Origin: an uncultured Oscillospiraceae bacterium
GTDB lineage: Bacteria; Bacillota; Clostridia; Oscillospirales; Oscillospiraceae
Direction of reading: 5' to 3'
NCBI GenBank assembly: GCA_934590505.1
Contig: CAKTPC010000001.1
Location: forward strand, 1-57,687
Length of the DNA: 57,687 nt
This document shows positions 41,593 to 51,083 of the stretch, piece after piece. Made by a program: the position numbers and the translations under genes. The number at the start of each line of letters is the position of its first letter. Position 1 is the first letter of the stretch. Under the pieces are notes generated by a model. That model ran no database searches. It had not been told where the DNA came from and saw only the letters and a list, made by a program, of their open reading frames with translations.

Positions 41593-43227
41593 TTACATGA
41601 AGTCCTGTGGAGTAATGTGCAGATCATCCGGTACGGGCATGGAGGAGATCGGCGCGCCGTCGATCAAAACGGCGGCGTCCGCGGTGATAAGCTGCGCGCC
41701 GACGGAGACGGCGGAGCGCAGCGCCGTTATCAGAACAGCGGCCGGGTCAATGACCCCGCGGCTGAGCATATCGGTGTACTGCCCGGAGACTATGTCAAAG
41801 CCGTAATTACCGCAACCCTCGGCAACGTGCGCCGTGATCTCGGATGGAATGTATCCCGCGTTCTTCGAGAGTGTGCGCAGCGGGGACTCAAGCGCGGCGG
41901 CAAGTATGCCCGCGCCGGCCCTTTCATCTCCGGACAGATCGGCGCAAAGCTCTCTGACGCAAGGGATAGCGCGGATATACGCCGTGCCGCCGCCGGAGAG
42001 CACACCGTCATTTGCCGCAGCGCGCGCAGCCTTGAGCGCGCTCTCGGCGCGGGAAGTTAGAAGGCGGCGCTCCGCGTCGGAAGCGGCTCCGATGCGAAGC
42101 TCCGCGGTGTGCCCGGTGAGGCGCGCGATGCGCTGGCGGAGCCGCTCATCTTCAAGCTCATTATGCTCAAGCCTGAGGAGAGATGAGAGGTGGTCGGTAT
42201 ATTCATTGAGCTCCGGTGTTTCGACGGCGGAAGCCCCGTATATCAGGGTCTTGGACTGGGTGATGCGCACCTTGGCCGCCCGACCGCAGGTGCCGAGGAG
42301 CGCAGCCTTGGTATCAGGGCTCAGGGGAGTGCCGAATACGACCGCGCCTGTGAGAGCTGCGGCGTCCTCAAGAGCGGCGAGTTTCCCCGCGCCGACGCCG
42401 GGGGCTTCAACTGAGCAGAGCCGTATGACCCCTTGGGCGATGTTGCTCACAAAGCTTTTTACTACCTCCGGCGTGATGCTCTCGGCCAGTATCAGCAGCG
42501 GCTGCTTCTGTATGCTGGCTTCGTTGAGCAGCGGGAGAATGTCATGTATGCTTGTGATGGGAGAAGCGCAGACGAACACGGCGGCGTTTTCAAGCACGGC
42601 CTCGCCCGATGTCTCGCTGTCGGCCATGTATTTGGACTGGTACCCGGCAGGGATGGAGTAGGCTGTGTCCTCGGACACATAGCTCCGGTCGGTGTCAGAG
42701 GGCTTGACCGTTACCACACCGTCATAACCTGCCTGCTTGAGCGCTTGACAGATAAGCTCTCCAAGCCCCTCATCACCGGCGGTGAGCGCCGCGGCAAGGC
42801 CGGTATACTCATCGCAGGGCGGGAGCGTCATTTCGCGCAGCGCATCCTCAGCCGCCTTCCCGGCAAGCTCGATGCCGCGGCGAATGAGCACTGGACTGCA
42901 TCCCGCCGTGACGGCGCGCGCTCCCTCGCGTATGATCGCTTCGGCGATCAGCATCGCGGTAATGGAGCCGTCACCGGTAAGTTCGGCAGTCCTTTCACCG
43001 GCGGAACGCAGAAGGATAGCCCCGGCGTTTTCGACCACATCGGCAAGGCTTATAACAGCGGCGGCGGACGCGCCCTTGCCTAAAAGCTCGGGAGCGCCGG
43101 TATAGCCCGCGCTCAGCACGGTCCTGCCGCCGAGACCATAGGTCGGGGCGATAGCGCGCATGAGTTTGCCGCAGCCGTCGTTAAGCTTGCGGAGGGTCAG
43201 CTGACCCGTTGTGATCACTTTTTTCAT
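41593..43227 (-). CDS. Divergent group-I chaperonin (GroEL/Cpn60 family) paralogue
   Basis: Start moved to MKKVITTG. TYGLGGRTVL, TGDGSITAMLIAEAII (the GDGTTT position), LSGGGTAYIR, GNYGFDIVSGQYTDMLSRGVIDPAAVLITALRSAVSVGAQLIT. No GGM tail and no groES nearby. Confidence 0.8.
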   Translation of the reverse strand: MKKVITTGQLTLRKLNDGCGKLMRAIAPTYGLGGRTVLSAGYTGAPELLGKGASAAAVISLADVVENAGAILLRSAGERTAELTGDGSITAMLIAEAIIREGARAVTAGCSPVLIRRGIELAGKAAEDALREMTLPPCDEYTGLAAALTAGDEGLGELICQALKQAGYDGVVTVKPSDTDRSYVSEDTAYSIPAGYQSKYMADSETSGEAVLENAAVFVCASPITSIHDILPLLNEASIQKQPLLILAESITPEVVKSFVSNIAQGVIRLCSVEAPGVGAGKLAALEDAAALTGAVVFGTPLSPDTKAALLGTCGRAAKVRITQSKTLIYGASAVETPELNEYTDHLSSLLRLEHNELEDERLRQRIARLTGHTAELRIGAASDAERRLLTSRAESALKAARAAANDGVLSGGGTAYIRAIPCVRELCADLSGDERAGAGILAAALESPLRTLSKNAGYIPSEITAHVAEGCGNYGFDIVSGQYTDMLSRGVIDPAAVLITALRSAVSVGAQLITADAAVLIDGAPISSMPVPDDLHITPQDFM

Positions 43228-43322
43228 ATGCACTCTTCCATAGCCAGAATAGATTCTAGAATAGCCCAAGACAGGGTAGCCCGGAGAGGAGACTCCGGAC
43301 TGCCCTGTCCGCTTTATTATAC

Positions 43323-44441
43323 TCAGTCGGCAAACTCGCCGCGGAGCTTTTCGAGAACGCTCTCGGCTCCGCCGCAGACTTCGTCGAACACTTCCTGAAC
43401 TGTCTTTATATCATGGATCTGACCGACGCAAAGGCCCATCGGGAACAGGCAGCCGTTGATGTTGCCGTTCTTGTAGCAGACTCTCTGGTTCTTGCCGCTG
43501 ATGCCGCGCACTTCTTCGTCGTTCGGATCACCGGCCATGAGCACGGCGATGAGGGGCTTGTCGTGCGGAGCGTCAAGATCCCATGCGGCCTCGGTCTTTT
43601 TCACCCAAGCAGCGGTCTTGGAGAATCTGGAGTTCTCGGGGTTCTTCTTATCCTGGTGGCCGTACCACACACGGTTGGCGTTTCTGACCTTGTACTGGAG
43701 CACGGCGGTGTCGTTCTCGGTGGAGTCGATAATGAGCTGTTTCCAGTTGGGGTGGATGCCGCATTCCTCGGTCGCGACAAAGCGGGTGCCCATGATGACG
43801 CCGTCAGCGCCGAGAGCCATGGCGGAAACAAAGGTGTTTCTGCTGCAGATGCCGCCGCCGGCGACAACGGGGATGGAGAGCTTTTCCTTCGCGACAGGGA
43901 TGAGCGCCATGGTGGATACATCGCCGAGACCGGGGTGACCTGCGCACTCGAAGCCGACTATCGTGACGGCGTCTGCGCCGGCTCTCTGAGCGGAGAGGGC
44001 ATGCCTCACGGAGGGGCACTTATGGATGAGCTTGATCTTATCATGCTCGTTATCTCTGCCGTCCTCCTTCTCCCAGCCGCGCAGCAGCTCATAATAGGCC
44101 TGGGGATTGTTGCCGGAGGTCTCTATAACGGGGACGTGCTCTTCATAAGCGGTCCTGAAGAAAAGCTCGGTATTGTTGTCATAGTCGGCATGGGGCAGCA
44201 TGGAGATGTTCAGGCCGAAGGGGTGACCGTCGGCGAGCTCGCGGCACTTGGCGAGACCTGCAACGAGGCCGGCTTTGGTAGCGGCGGGGTCGGAGTCGAC
44301 CATGAAGATGGTCGCGCTGATGATACCGAGGCCGCCGGCCTTAGAAACGGCGGCTGCAAGCTCCGGAGTCGCAAGCCACTGCATGCCGCTCTGGAGGATA
44401 GGATATTTGATTCCGAAAAGCTCTGTGATTCTTGTATTCAT
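43323..44441 (-). CDS. NAD(P)H-dependent flavin oxidoreductase (nitronate monooxygenase / FabK-like family)
   Basis: FGIKYPILQSGMQWLATPELAAAVSKAGGLGIIS, GADAVTIVGFECAGH, VVAGGGI. 372 aa. Confidence 0.8.
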   Translation of the reverse strand: MNTRITELFGIKYPILQSGMQWLATPELAAAVSKAGGLGIISATIFMVDSDPAATKAGLVAGLAKCRELADGHPFGLNISMLPHADYDNNTELFFRTAYEEHVPVIETSGNNPQAYYELLRGWEKEDGRDNEHDKIKLIHKCPSVRHALSAQRAGADAVTIVGFECAGHPGLGDVSTMALIPVAKEKLSIPVVAGGGICSRNTFVSAMALGADGVIMGTRFVATEECGIHPNWKQLIIDSTENDTAVLQYKVRNANRVWYGHQDKKNPENSRFSKTAAWVKKTEAAWDLDAPHDKPLIAVLMAGDPNDEEVRGISGKNQRVCYKNGNINGCLFPMGLCVGQIHDIKTVQEVFDEVCGGAESVLEKLRGEFAD

Positions 44442-44601
44442 GTTTTATCGTCCTTTCCAAATATCGGGCTTGGGCAGCCCGCTCTGCATGCAAAAAAAAT
44501 AACACACATATCGGGAGAGGACAAATACATATTTGCCTATGCCAGCTATAAAAAAAACAAATGCCGTCTAAAAACGAGGGGGAAAGGCCCGTTCTGCCGG
44601 G

Positions 44602-45531
44602 TCAGTCGAGGATCTCGAACGGGTAGGAGCAGCCGCGGATATAGTCCTTAATGCACTGCACGAACAGCTCTATATCATCAAGCTTGGGATTGTTCTTCTT
44701 ATAGACCGCGGCAACGGTGCGGCTCAGGGTAGGATCATTGAACATGTAATAGTTCACGTTCTCTATCCTGCGCAGGAAAACACTGACATCCGGAAGCAGT
44801 GTGACGCCGATATTCTGGCTCACAAGGGAATGCACGGTTTCGATATTGGTGCAGACAGTGCTCTTTTCCGGGATGCAGTTGAGGTCGAGCAGAAGATTGC
44901 GCATCACCTTTCCGAGATACTGCTGCTCCTGGAGCATTATGACGGGCTGCCCGATGATGGCGCTTTTATTGACATAGGCGTAAGGCTCGGCGGGGGTGCA
45001 GGGAATATCGACCTGCCTGCTCGCGCTGAGGAGAAAGCGCTCCTGAAACAGAGGAACGGATTTATAAAGCGTTGTATCGGCATGGGGAAGGCTGATGACG
45101 ATATCGAGCTGGTCAGCCTGGAGAGCGCTGCTGAGATTGGCGCTGACGTCCTCATGGATCTCAATATTGCAGTCATTCGTGCGGTTATAAAAGCTGCTTA
45201 TCGATTCGGGCAGGAGAGCCGCGCTGCGCTGGTATGAAGCGCCGATATCAAGCTGACGCTTTGAACCGGCCTTTATTTTGCTGAGCTTTGCCTCCAACTG
45301 CTTTGCCGATTCGAGAGTGACCTTTGCCCATTCGACATAGGCCTGACCGGCAGGTGTGAGAGTGACGCTGTTTTTGCCGCGGACAAGAAGCTCGGTGCCG
45401 AGGGAGTCCTCAATGGCATGGATGCTGAGACTGAGGGACGGCTGGGAGATATAGAGCTTCTTTGCGGCTTTGGTGATGCTCTTTTCCTCTGCGACTGTGA
45501 CAACGTATTTCAGCTTATACAGGTTCAGCAT
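44602..45531 (-). CDS. LysR-family transcriptional regulator
   Basis: HTH SITKAAKKLYISQPSLSLSIHAIEDSLGTELLVR. 309 aa. Divergent from the crotonase operon. Confidence 0.88.
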   Translation of the reverse strand: MLNLYKLKYVVTVAEEKSITKAAKKLYISQPSLSLSIHAIEDSLGTELLVRGKNSVTLTPAGQAYVEWAKVTLESAKQLEAKLSKIKAGSKRQLDIGASYQRSAALLPESISSFYNRTNDCNIEIHEDVSANLSSALQADQLDIVISLPHADTTLYKSVPLFQERFLLSASRQVDIPCTPAEPYAYVNKSAIIGQPVIMLQEQQYLGKVMRNLLLDLNCIPEKSTVCTNIETVHSLVSQNIGVTLLPDVSVFLRRIENVNYYMFNDPTLSRTVAAVYKKNNPKLDDIELFVQCIKDYIRGCSYPFEILD

Positions 45532-46021
45532 GCTTTCCCTCCGTTCCGCAGCAGCCGGTTATATAGGGTATAAAAAAATCCTATGGCTGTCCTTGTTAAA
45601 AATACCACAGCAGAATTGAATTTGCAAGGGTTTACCAGTTAAATACACTTAATTTGATGCAGGGTTTACATACACCGGCTTGCAAACAGGGGATAGTTTG
45701 TGCAGGTATACATACGGGGCAAGCCGGCGATGTATAAGGAAACAACAGATAAATAATACCATAAAACGGCAAAAAATGCTTGATTTTGCTGCGAAACAGC
45801 TGCAAGAAATTTGAGATCGCTTGCCGGAGCCGCTCCGAAGTGCCGACCGGTGCAAAGACGGAATTTATGTATCCATAGGTTTTTTCTATGGGCTTTTCGA
45901 ATTTTTTCGTATTTTACAAATCGGGGATAAGGCCGTAAACTTAGGCCAACTAAAACAAAAAAATAACAAGCGAGTAGATGTTTGCACGGCGCTTGTTGAC
46001 CAAATGACAGGAGGAAATGAG

Positions 46022-46810
46022 ATGGCTTACGAGTTCATCAAGTTTGAGGTGAAGGATCATGTCGCGTACATAACCCTGAACAACCCTCAGAAAAAGAACC
46101 CGGTACCGAACCCGGCAAAGAAAGAGCTGATACGGCTGTTTGACATCTGCGATTTTGACGACGACATCCGGCTGGTCGTCATCAGGGGAGCCGGCGGCTG
46201 CTTCAGCGCAGGCGGCGACCTGAACGCCATGCGCGACAGACTCGAGCGCGGAGAGCGCGGGACGAGATACAACTGCCGCCTCGGCAGTGAGATGAATCTG
46301 CGCCTGCGCAATGTGAAGAAGCCCGTTATCGCCTGCATAGAGGGTGCGATCGCGGGAGCGGGCATGAGCCTTGCGCTCAGCTGCGATTTCCAGATAGCCG
46401 CGGCGGACACGAAATGCACGCTGGCATTCGTCAACATCGGCTATGTTCCCGACAGCGGAGCGACATGGCTCGTGACCAAGGCAGTCGGCCAGGTGCGCGC
46501 GACGGAGCTGTTCATGTCCGGCAAGCGCTTCAGCGGACAGCAGGCCGCCGACTGGGGCCTGTTTACCGAGGCGGTCCCGCCGGAGCAGCTGGAGGAGCGC
46601 CTTGCAAAATACATCGACAAGTATTCCAACGGCCCCACGGTCGCTTACGGAAACATCAAGACGCTTATAAACCGCTGCGTTTACGGCGACTGGTCGACCG
46701 GCACCTACAGCGAGGTAGAGCTCCAGGGCGAGTGCGAGCATACCGAGGACTTCCGCGAGGCGGTGTTCGCGTTCTTTGATAAGCGCAAGCCCGAATTCAA
46801 GGGAAAATAA
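46022..46810 (+). CDS. Enoyl-CoA hydratase/isomerase (crotonase) family protein
   Basis: Start at MAYEFIKFEV (AGGAGG SD). FSAGGDLN, IEGAIAGAGMSLALSCD. 262 aa. Confidence 0.85.
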   Translation: MAYEFIKFEVKDHVAYITLNNPQKKNPVPNPAKKELIRLFDICDFDDDIRLVVIRGAGGCFSAGGDLNAMRDRLERGERGTRYNCRLGSEMNLRLRNVKKPVIACIEGAIAGAGMSLALSCDFQIAAADTKCTLAFVNIGYVPDSGATWLVTKAVGQVRATELFMSGKRFSGQQAADWGLFTEAVPPEQLEERLAKYIDKYSNGPTVAYGNIKTLINRCVYGDWSTGTYSEVELQGECEHTEDFREAVFAFFDKRKPEFKGK

Positions 46811-46835
46811 AGCAATCAGATACAGGAGGAAAACA

Positions 46836-48038
46836 ATGAAAGCACTTGAAGGTATCCGCGTTCTCGATTTCTCCACGCATACGGCGGGCCCCGCCTGCTG
46901 CGCGATGATGGCCGACCTCGGCGCGGAGGTAATCAAGGTCGAGCTTCCCGTAGAGGGAGACGACACCCGCCGTCTCGCAAATTCAATACAGGGCTACAGC
47001 ACCCAGTTCATGTGGAACAACCGCGGCAAGAAGAGCATCACCGTCGACCTGAAGGATCCCGACGGCGCAGCTGCGATACTCGAGCTCGGCAAGACCTGCG
47101 ATATAGTTTTTGAGACGATGAAGCCCGGCTCCATGAAAAAGATGGGGCTTGACTATGAAGCGTTCAAGGCTGTAAAGCCCGACATAATCTACTGCTCCAT
47201 TTCCGCCTTCGGCCAGACCGGCCCCAAGGCGAAGGACCCCGGCTTTGACATTCTCGCTCAGGCGTGCAGCGGCATCATGGACATGACCGGCGAGCGCAAC
47301 GGCCCCCCGGTGAAGTCCGGCGTTATAATCTCCGACTTCATAAGCGGCAAGGACGCTTTCGGCGCGTGCATGGTGGCTCTGTTCCACAGATTCAGAACCG
47401 GCGAGGGACAGATGATAGACGTCGCGATGCAGCAGTGCCTAGCCTCCATGAACCCCTTCCTTGAGCAGGCGACCAACGGCAAGGACCCGCACAGACAGGG
47501 CAACCACTCCGCAGGCTCTGCGCCTTACGGCGTATTCAAGGGGCCGAAGGACGAGTACCTCGTCATCGCCGCGCACCCCGACCGGCACTTTGCAAAGCTA
47601 TGCACTCAGGTCCTCGAGCGCCCCGAGCTTGTTGACGATCCGCGCTTCGTAGGCGGCCAGAACCGCGCGAACCATTACAGAGAGCTTGCGGACATAATCG
47701 AAGAGTGGATGTCAAAGTTCGACTCTGTCGACGAATGCAAGGCCATCATGGACAAGGCCGGCATCGTCTGCGGCAAGATACTTTCCTGCAAGCAGGTCAT
47801 CGAGGACCCGCAGATGCTCTACCGCAAGGGCATAACCGATCTGCCCATGCCGGCAGACCGCGAGGGCACATGGCGCGGCCGCGGCGCGACCGTCCTGTAT
47901 TCCGCAACGCCGGAGGTCCTTGGCGCGGCTCCCGTTCTCGGCGCGAACAACTACGAGATACTCACTCAGGCGGGACTCAGCCGCGAGCAGGTCTACGAGC
48001 TTGAGACGCGCTGGGGTCAGCCCATCGAGAAGCCTTAA
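46836..48038 (+). CDS. Family III CoA-transferase (CaiB/BaiF/CarA type)
   Basis: Start at MKALEGIRVLDFSTHTAGPACCAMMADLGAEVIKVE (AGGAGG SD). Typical CaiB/BaiF N-terminus. 400 aa. Confidence 0.85.
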   Translation: MKALEGIRVLDFSTHTAGPACCAMMADLGAEVIKVELPVEGDDTRRLANSIQGYSTQFMWNNRGKKSITVDLKDPDGAAAILELGKTCDIVFETMKPGSMKKMGLDYEAFKAVKPDIIYCSISAFGQTGPKAKDPGFDILAQACSGIMDMTGERNGPPVKSGVIISDFISGKDAFGACMVALFHRFRTGEGQMIDVAMQQCLASMNPFLEQATNGKDPHRQGNHSAGSAPYGVFKGPKDEYLVIAAHPDRHFAKLCTQVLERPELVDDPRFVGGQNRANHYRELADIIEEWMSKFDSVDECKAIMDKAGIVCGKILSCKQVIEDPQMLYRKGITDLPMPADREGTWRGRGATVLYSATPEVLGAAPVLGANNYEILTQAGLSREQVYELETRWGQPIEKP

Positions 48039-48077
48039 AGCAATAAGCAAATTAAAAAAATAAAGGAGAAAACAGAT

Positions 48078-49244
48078 ATGTCTACAACCAGCTTTGATCT
48101 TCTGACTCCGGATCAGCAGGATCTGCGGCAGATGGTGCACAGCTTTGCGGATGAGGAAATAATCCCCACCTGCAAGGAACTCGAGATCGAAGGGATTTTC
48201 CCCGAGGAGCTCTACAAGAAGGCATATGAAATGGGACTGACCACCATGATCCTGCCCGAAAAGTACGGCGGCATGGGGCTCGATATCTTCACCTACTCGA
48301 TATGCAAGGAAGAGCTTGCACGCGGCGACGCGGGCTTTGCCGGTGCGGTGGCCGGCAGCTTCATGGGCTCGCTGCCCGCACGTCTCTTCGGCACCGAGTA
48401 CCAGATCAAGACCGTGACCGAGCTTCTCTGCAACGGCGGCGCGATGGCTTTCGCGCTCACCGAGGCCGAGTCCGGCTCCGACTCCGCCGGTATGCGTACG
48501 ACCTATGTCGACGACGGCGACGCTTACGTCATCAACGGCTCCAAGACCTTCATCTCCGGCGGCGAGCATGCCGACATGTTCCTCGTATTTGCAACCTTTG
48601 ACCGCGAACTGCGCGGCAAGGGAGTGTCAGCGTTCTATGTCGATGCAAAGGCCCCGGGCCTGAGCATAGGCAAGAAGGAGAACAAGATGGGCTACCGCAC
48701 GTCCGACACCGTCGACCTTATCTTCGACAACGTACGCGTACCCAAGGATATGCTCATCGGCAAGGAAGGCGAGGGCATGATGATAATGTCCCAGTGCCTC
48801 AACCGCACCCGTCCGACCGCAGGCGCCGGCGCAATAGGCAACGCGCAGTACGCCTTCGAGATCGCGGCGGACTACTCCACAAAGAGAATGTCCTTCGGCA
48901 AGCCTATCTGCAAGCACCAGGGCATCGGCTTCAAGCTTGCCGACATGTACACCCTGCTTGAAGCAGGCCGTCTCATGTGCTGGCAGGCGAGCAAGACCGC
49001 CGATGCTGGCATCGTCGATGCAAAGCTCTTCTCCGCAGCGAAGGTGTTTGCCTCCGACGCCGGTATGAAGGTCTGCTCCGAAGCCGTCCAGATCCTCGGC
49101 GGCTACGGCTACAGCAAGGAGTATCCCGTCGAGAAGCGCTTCAGAGACGCAAAGATATACCAGATATTTGAGGGCACGAACGAGATACAGAAGATGGTCA
49201 TCAGCAGGGACATCACCAAGGAGCTGCTGCCGAAGAAGGCGTAA
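48078..49244 (+). CDS. Acyl-CoA dehydrogenase family flavoprotein
   Basis: FALTEAESGSDSAG, ILGGYGYSKEYPVEKRFRDAKIYQIFEGTNEIQ. 388 aa. Confidence 0.88.
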   Translation: MSTTSFDLLTPDQQDLRQMVHSFADEEIIPTCKELEIEGIFPEELYKKAYEMGLTTMILPEKYGGMGLDIFTYSICKEELARGDAGFAGAVAGSFMGSLPARLFGTEYQIKTVTELLCNGGAMAFALTEAESGSDSAGMRTTYVDDGDAYVINGSKTFISGGEHADMFLVFATFDRELRGKGVSAFYVDAKAPGLSIGKKENKMGYRTSDTVDLIFDNVRVPKDMLIGKEGEGMMIMSQCLNRTRPTAGAGAIGNAQYAFEIAADYSTKRMSFGKPICKHQGIGFKLADMYTLLEAGRLMCWQASKTADAGIVDAKLFSAAKVFASDAGMKVCSEAVQILGGYGYSKEYPVEKRFRDAKIYQIFEGTNEIQKMVISRDITKELLPKKA

Positions 49245-49360
49245 GCACACGGCGGCCAACAACCTATGTATATAATTCCGGCGCGGGGACCGCGTCGGAA
49301 TTATAAAGCCTGACTTAGTCGGAAATATAACGAGAAAAGGCAGAAGAAAGGAAGAAAAAA

Positions 49361-50824
49361 ATGGCAAAGGCAAAAACCCCGAACAAGAAGCTGATGCACA
49401 CCATCATCGCTCTTGTGATCTGGGCCATCTTTAAGTGGCTCATCCCCGCACCCGAACCCATGACCGACACCGGCATGGAGATCGTCGGCGTATTCATCAT
49501 GGCAACCTATCTGTGGATCACGGTCGAGACCGGCTGGACGAGCATTCTGGTCGTCAGCATGGTAGCAATATCCGGCGCGATGAGCGCAACGGCTGCTATC
49601 AAGGGCTCCTTCGGTGACTGGATGTTCGCCTTCCTGATGGCCTGCATGCTCGTCAACCATGTCCTGAGCGAGACCGGTATCTCCCGCCGCATCGCGGTAT
49701 GGTTCATTACCCGCAAGTTTGTCAAGGGCAGACCGTACATTATCGTGCTGATGTTCTTTGCGGCGATGTTTGTCCTCGGCCTCGGCATGACCTCCTCCGC
49801 GACCTGCGTCATGTTCCTCGCACTGGCAAAGGAGATCCTCGACACCTGCGGATATGACCGCAAGGATAAGTTCTCCCAGTTCCTGTTCTGCTGCATCGCA
49901 GCTATCACCATTGCCGGCAACGGTATGACTGCTATCGGCCACGGCAACTTTATCACCGGTATGGGCTGGGTCGGCGAAGCCTTTGGCCTCGAGATCAGCA
50001 TCGCACAGTCTGCAGCCATCGGTATGTCCATCGGCATCGTCTGGATACTGCTGGTCGTGCTCATCATGGCCAAGATCTACAAGATCGACGCTTCCAAGCT
50101 CGTTAACCTTGACATCGACGCTCTGCGCGCCACCATCCCTCCCATGAGCAAGAAGGAAAAGTTTGCGGGCATCATGTTCCTCGTTGTTATCTTCTTCTGG
50201 GTCGGCAAGGATCTGCTCAAGGGTCTCACCGGTATCCCGTTCTTTGCAGGCATGCGTGACTTCATTTCCAGCCTCGGCTCCGCTATCCCCGTACTGCTCT
50301 GCGTCTGCGTGTTCTGCGTCGTTCCCATCGACGGCGAGCCGCTCATGAACTTCAACAAGGCAACCAAGTCCATCGCATGGCAGAGCTGCATGATGATCGG
50401 TACTGTCCGTCTGCTCGGCTCCGTCGTCAACATGGAAGAACTTGGCATCGTTCTGTGGATCCAGCAGGTGTTCGGACCCATGGTCCAGGCTCTGCCCTCC
50501 TTCGTGTTCGTCATGGTCTGCATCGGCGCTGTGCTGCTGTTCACAAACTTCGTTTCCAACTCCATCGCAATGGTCCTCTTCAAGGTCGCCGCTCCCCTGA
50601 TAGTCCTCATGCCCGGCGTGAACGGCCCGGCTCTCGGCGTTGCAATGATCTGCGCCGCTCACTACGCAATGTGGACTCCCGGCTGCACCACCACTACCTC
50701 CATGGTCGTCGGTACAGGCGACGTCGAGGGCAGCTTCATGACCAAGTGGATGTGGCTGCCGATGATCGCGGCATACATCTGCCTCGTCTTTGTCGGCTAC
50801 AGCGTTGGCTGCCTCGTATTCTAA
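49361..50824 (+). CDS. Anion permease of the DASS/SLC13 (ArsB/NhaD-superfamily) type
   Basis: 487 aa polytopic protein. The N-terminal AIFKWLIPAPEPMTDTGMEIVGVFIMATYLWITVE pattern is typical of di/tricarboxylate symporters. Confidence 0.7.
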   Translation: MAKAKTPNKKLMHTIIALVIWAIFKWLIPAPEPMTDTGMEIVGVFIMATYLWITVETGWTSILVVSMVAISGAMSATAAIKGSFGDWMFAFLMACMLVNHVLSETGISRRIAVWFITRKFVKGRPYIIVLMFFAAMFVLGLGMTSSATCVMFLALAKEILDTCGYDRKDKFSQFLFCCIAAITIAGNGMTAIGHGNFITGMGWVGEAFGLEISIAQSAAIGMSIGIVWILLVVLIMAKIYKIDASKLVNLDIDALRATIPPMSKKEKFAGIMFLVVIFFWVGKDLLKGLTGIPFFAGMRDFISSLGSAIPVLLCVCVFCVVPIDGEPLMNFNKATKSIAWQSCMMIGTVRLLGSVVNMEELGIVLWIQQVFGPMVQALPSFVFVMVCIGAVLLFTNFVSNSIAMVLFKVAAPLIVLMPGVNGPALGVAMICAAHYAMWTPGCTTTTSMVVGTGDVEGSFMTKWMWLPMIAAYICLVFVGYSVGCLVF

Positions 50825-51083
50825 GCTTAAATTTACTGTTTTGATACGGCAAAGAACGTGATCTGTCCGAGCCGTTCCCGGTGTTTCCGGAAAAGCCTTG
50901 TGCTTTTCCGGAAACTGTGGAATAATCGCGGATGGGTTGTCGTTTTTTACGTAGAACCGAAGGTTCCACTCCTGGCGGGACATGGTCTCCAGGGGATCGT
51001 GCCCGGCCCTGTCGAGGGAATATACGTCACCGTTGAGATCGGCGGGAGATGTATATAATTAGAAATAGAATGGATGTGGTATT

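Noticed and set aside
49301-50983. 560-aa minus-strand ORF rich in Asp/His/Gly/Ala.
   Set aside because: It is antisense to the DASS-type permease, with compositionally biased translation. Only its first ~55 codons (50830-51000, ...DLNGDVYSLDRAGHDPLETMSRQEWNLRFYVKNDNPSAIIPQFPEKHKAF...) look protein-like. They might be a gene remnant in the 50825-51083 spacer, but I cannot assign a family.
50858-51058. 66-aa plus-strand ORF in the spacer between the two permease genes.
   Set aside because: No SD and an Arg/Val/Gly-biased sequence. It overlaps the possible minus-strand remnant and is probably non-coding.
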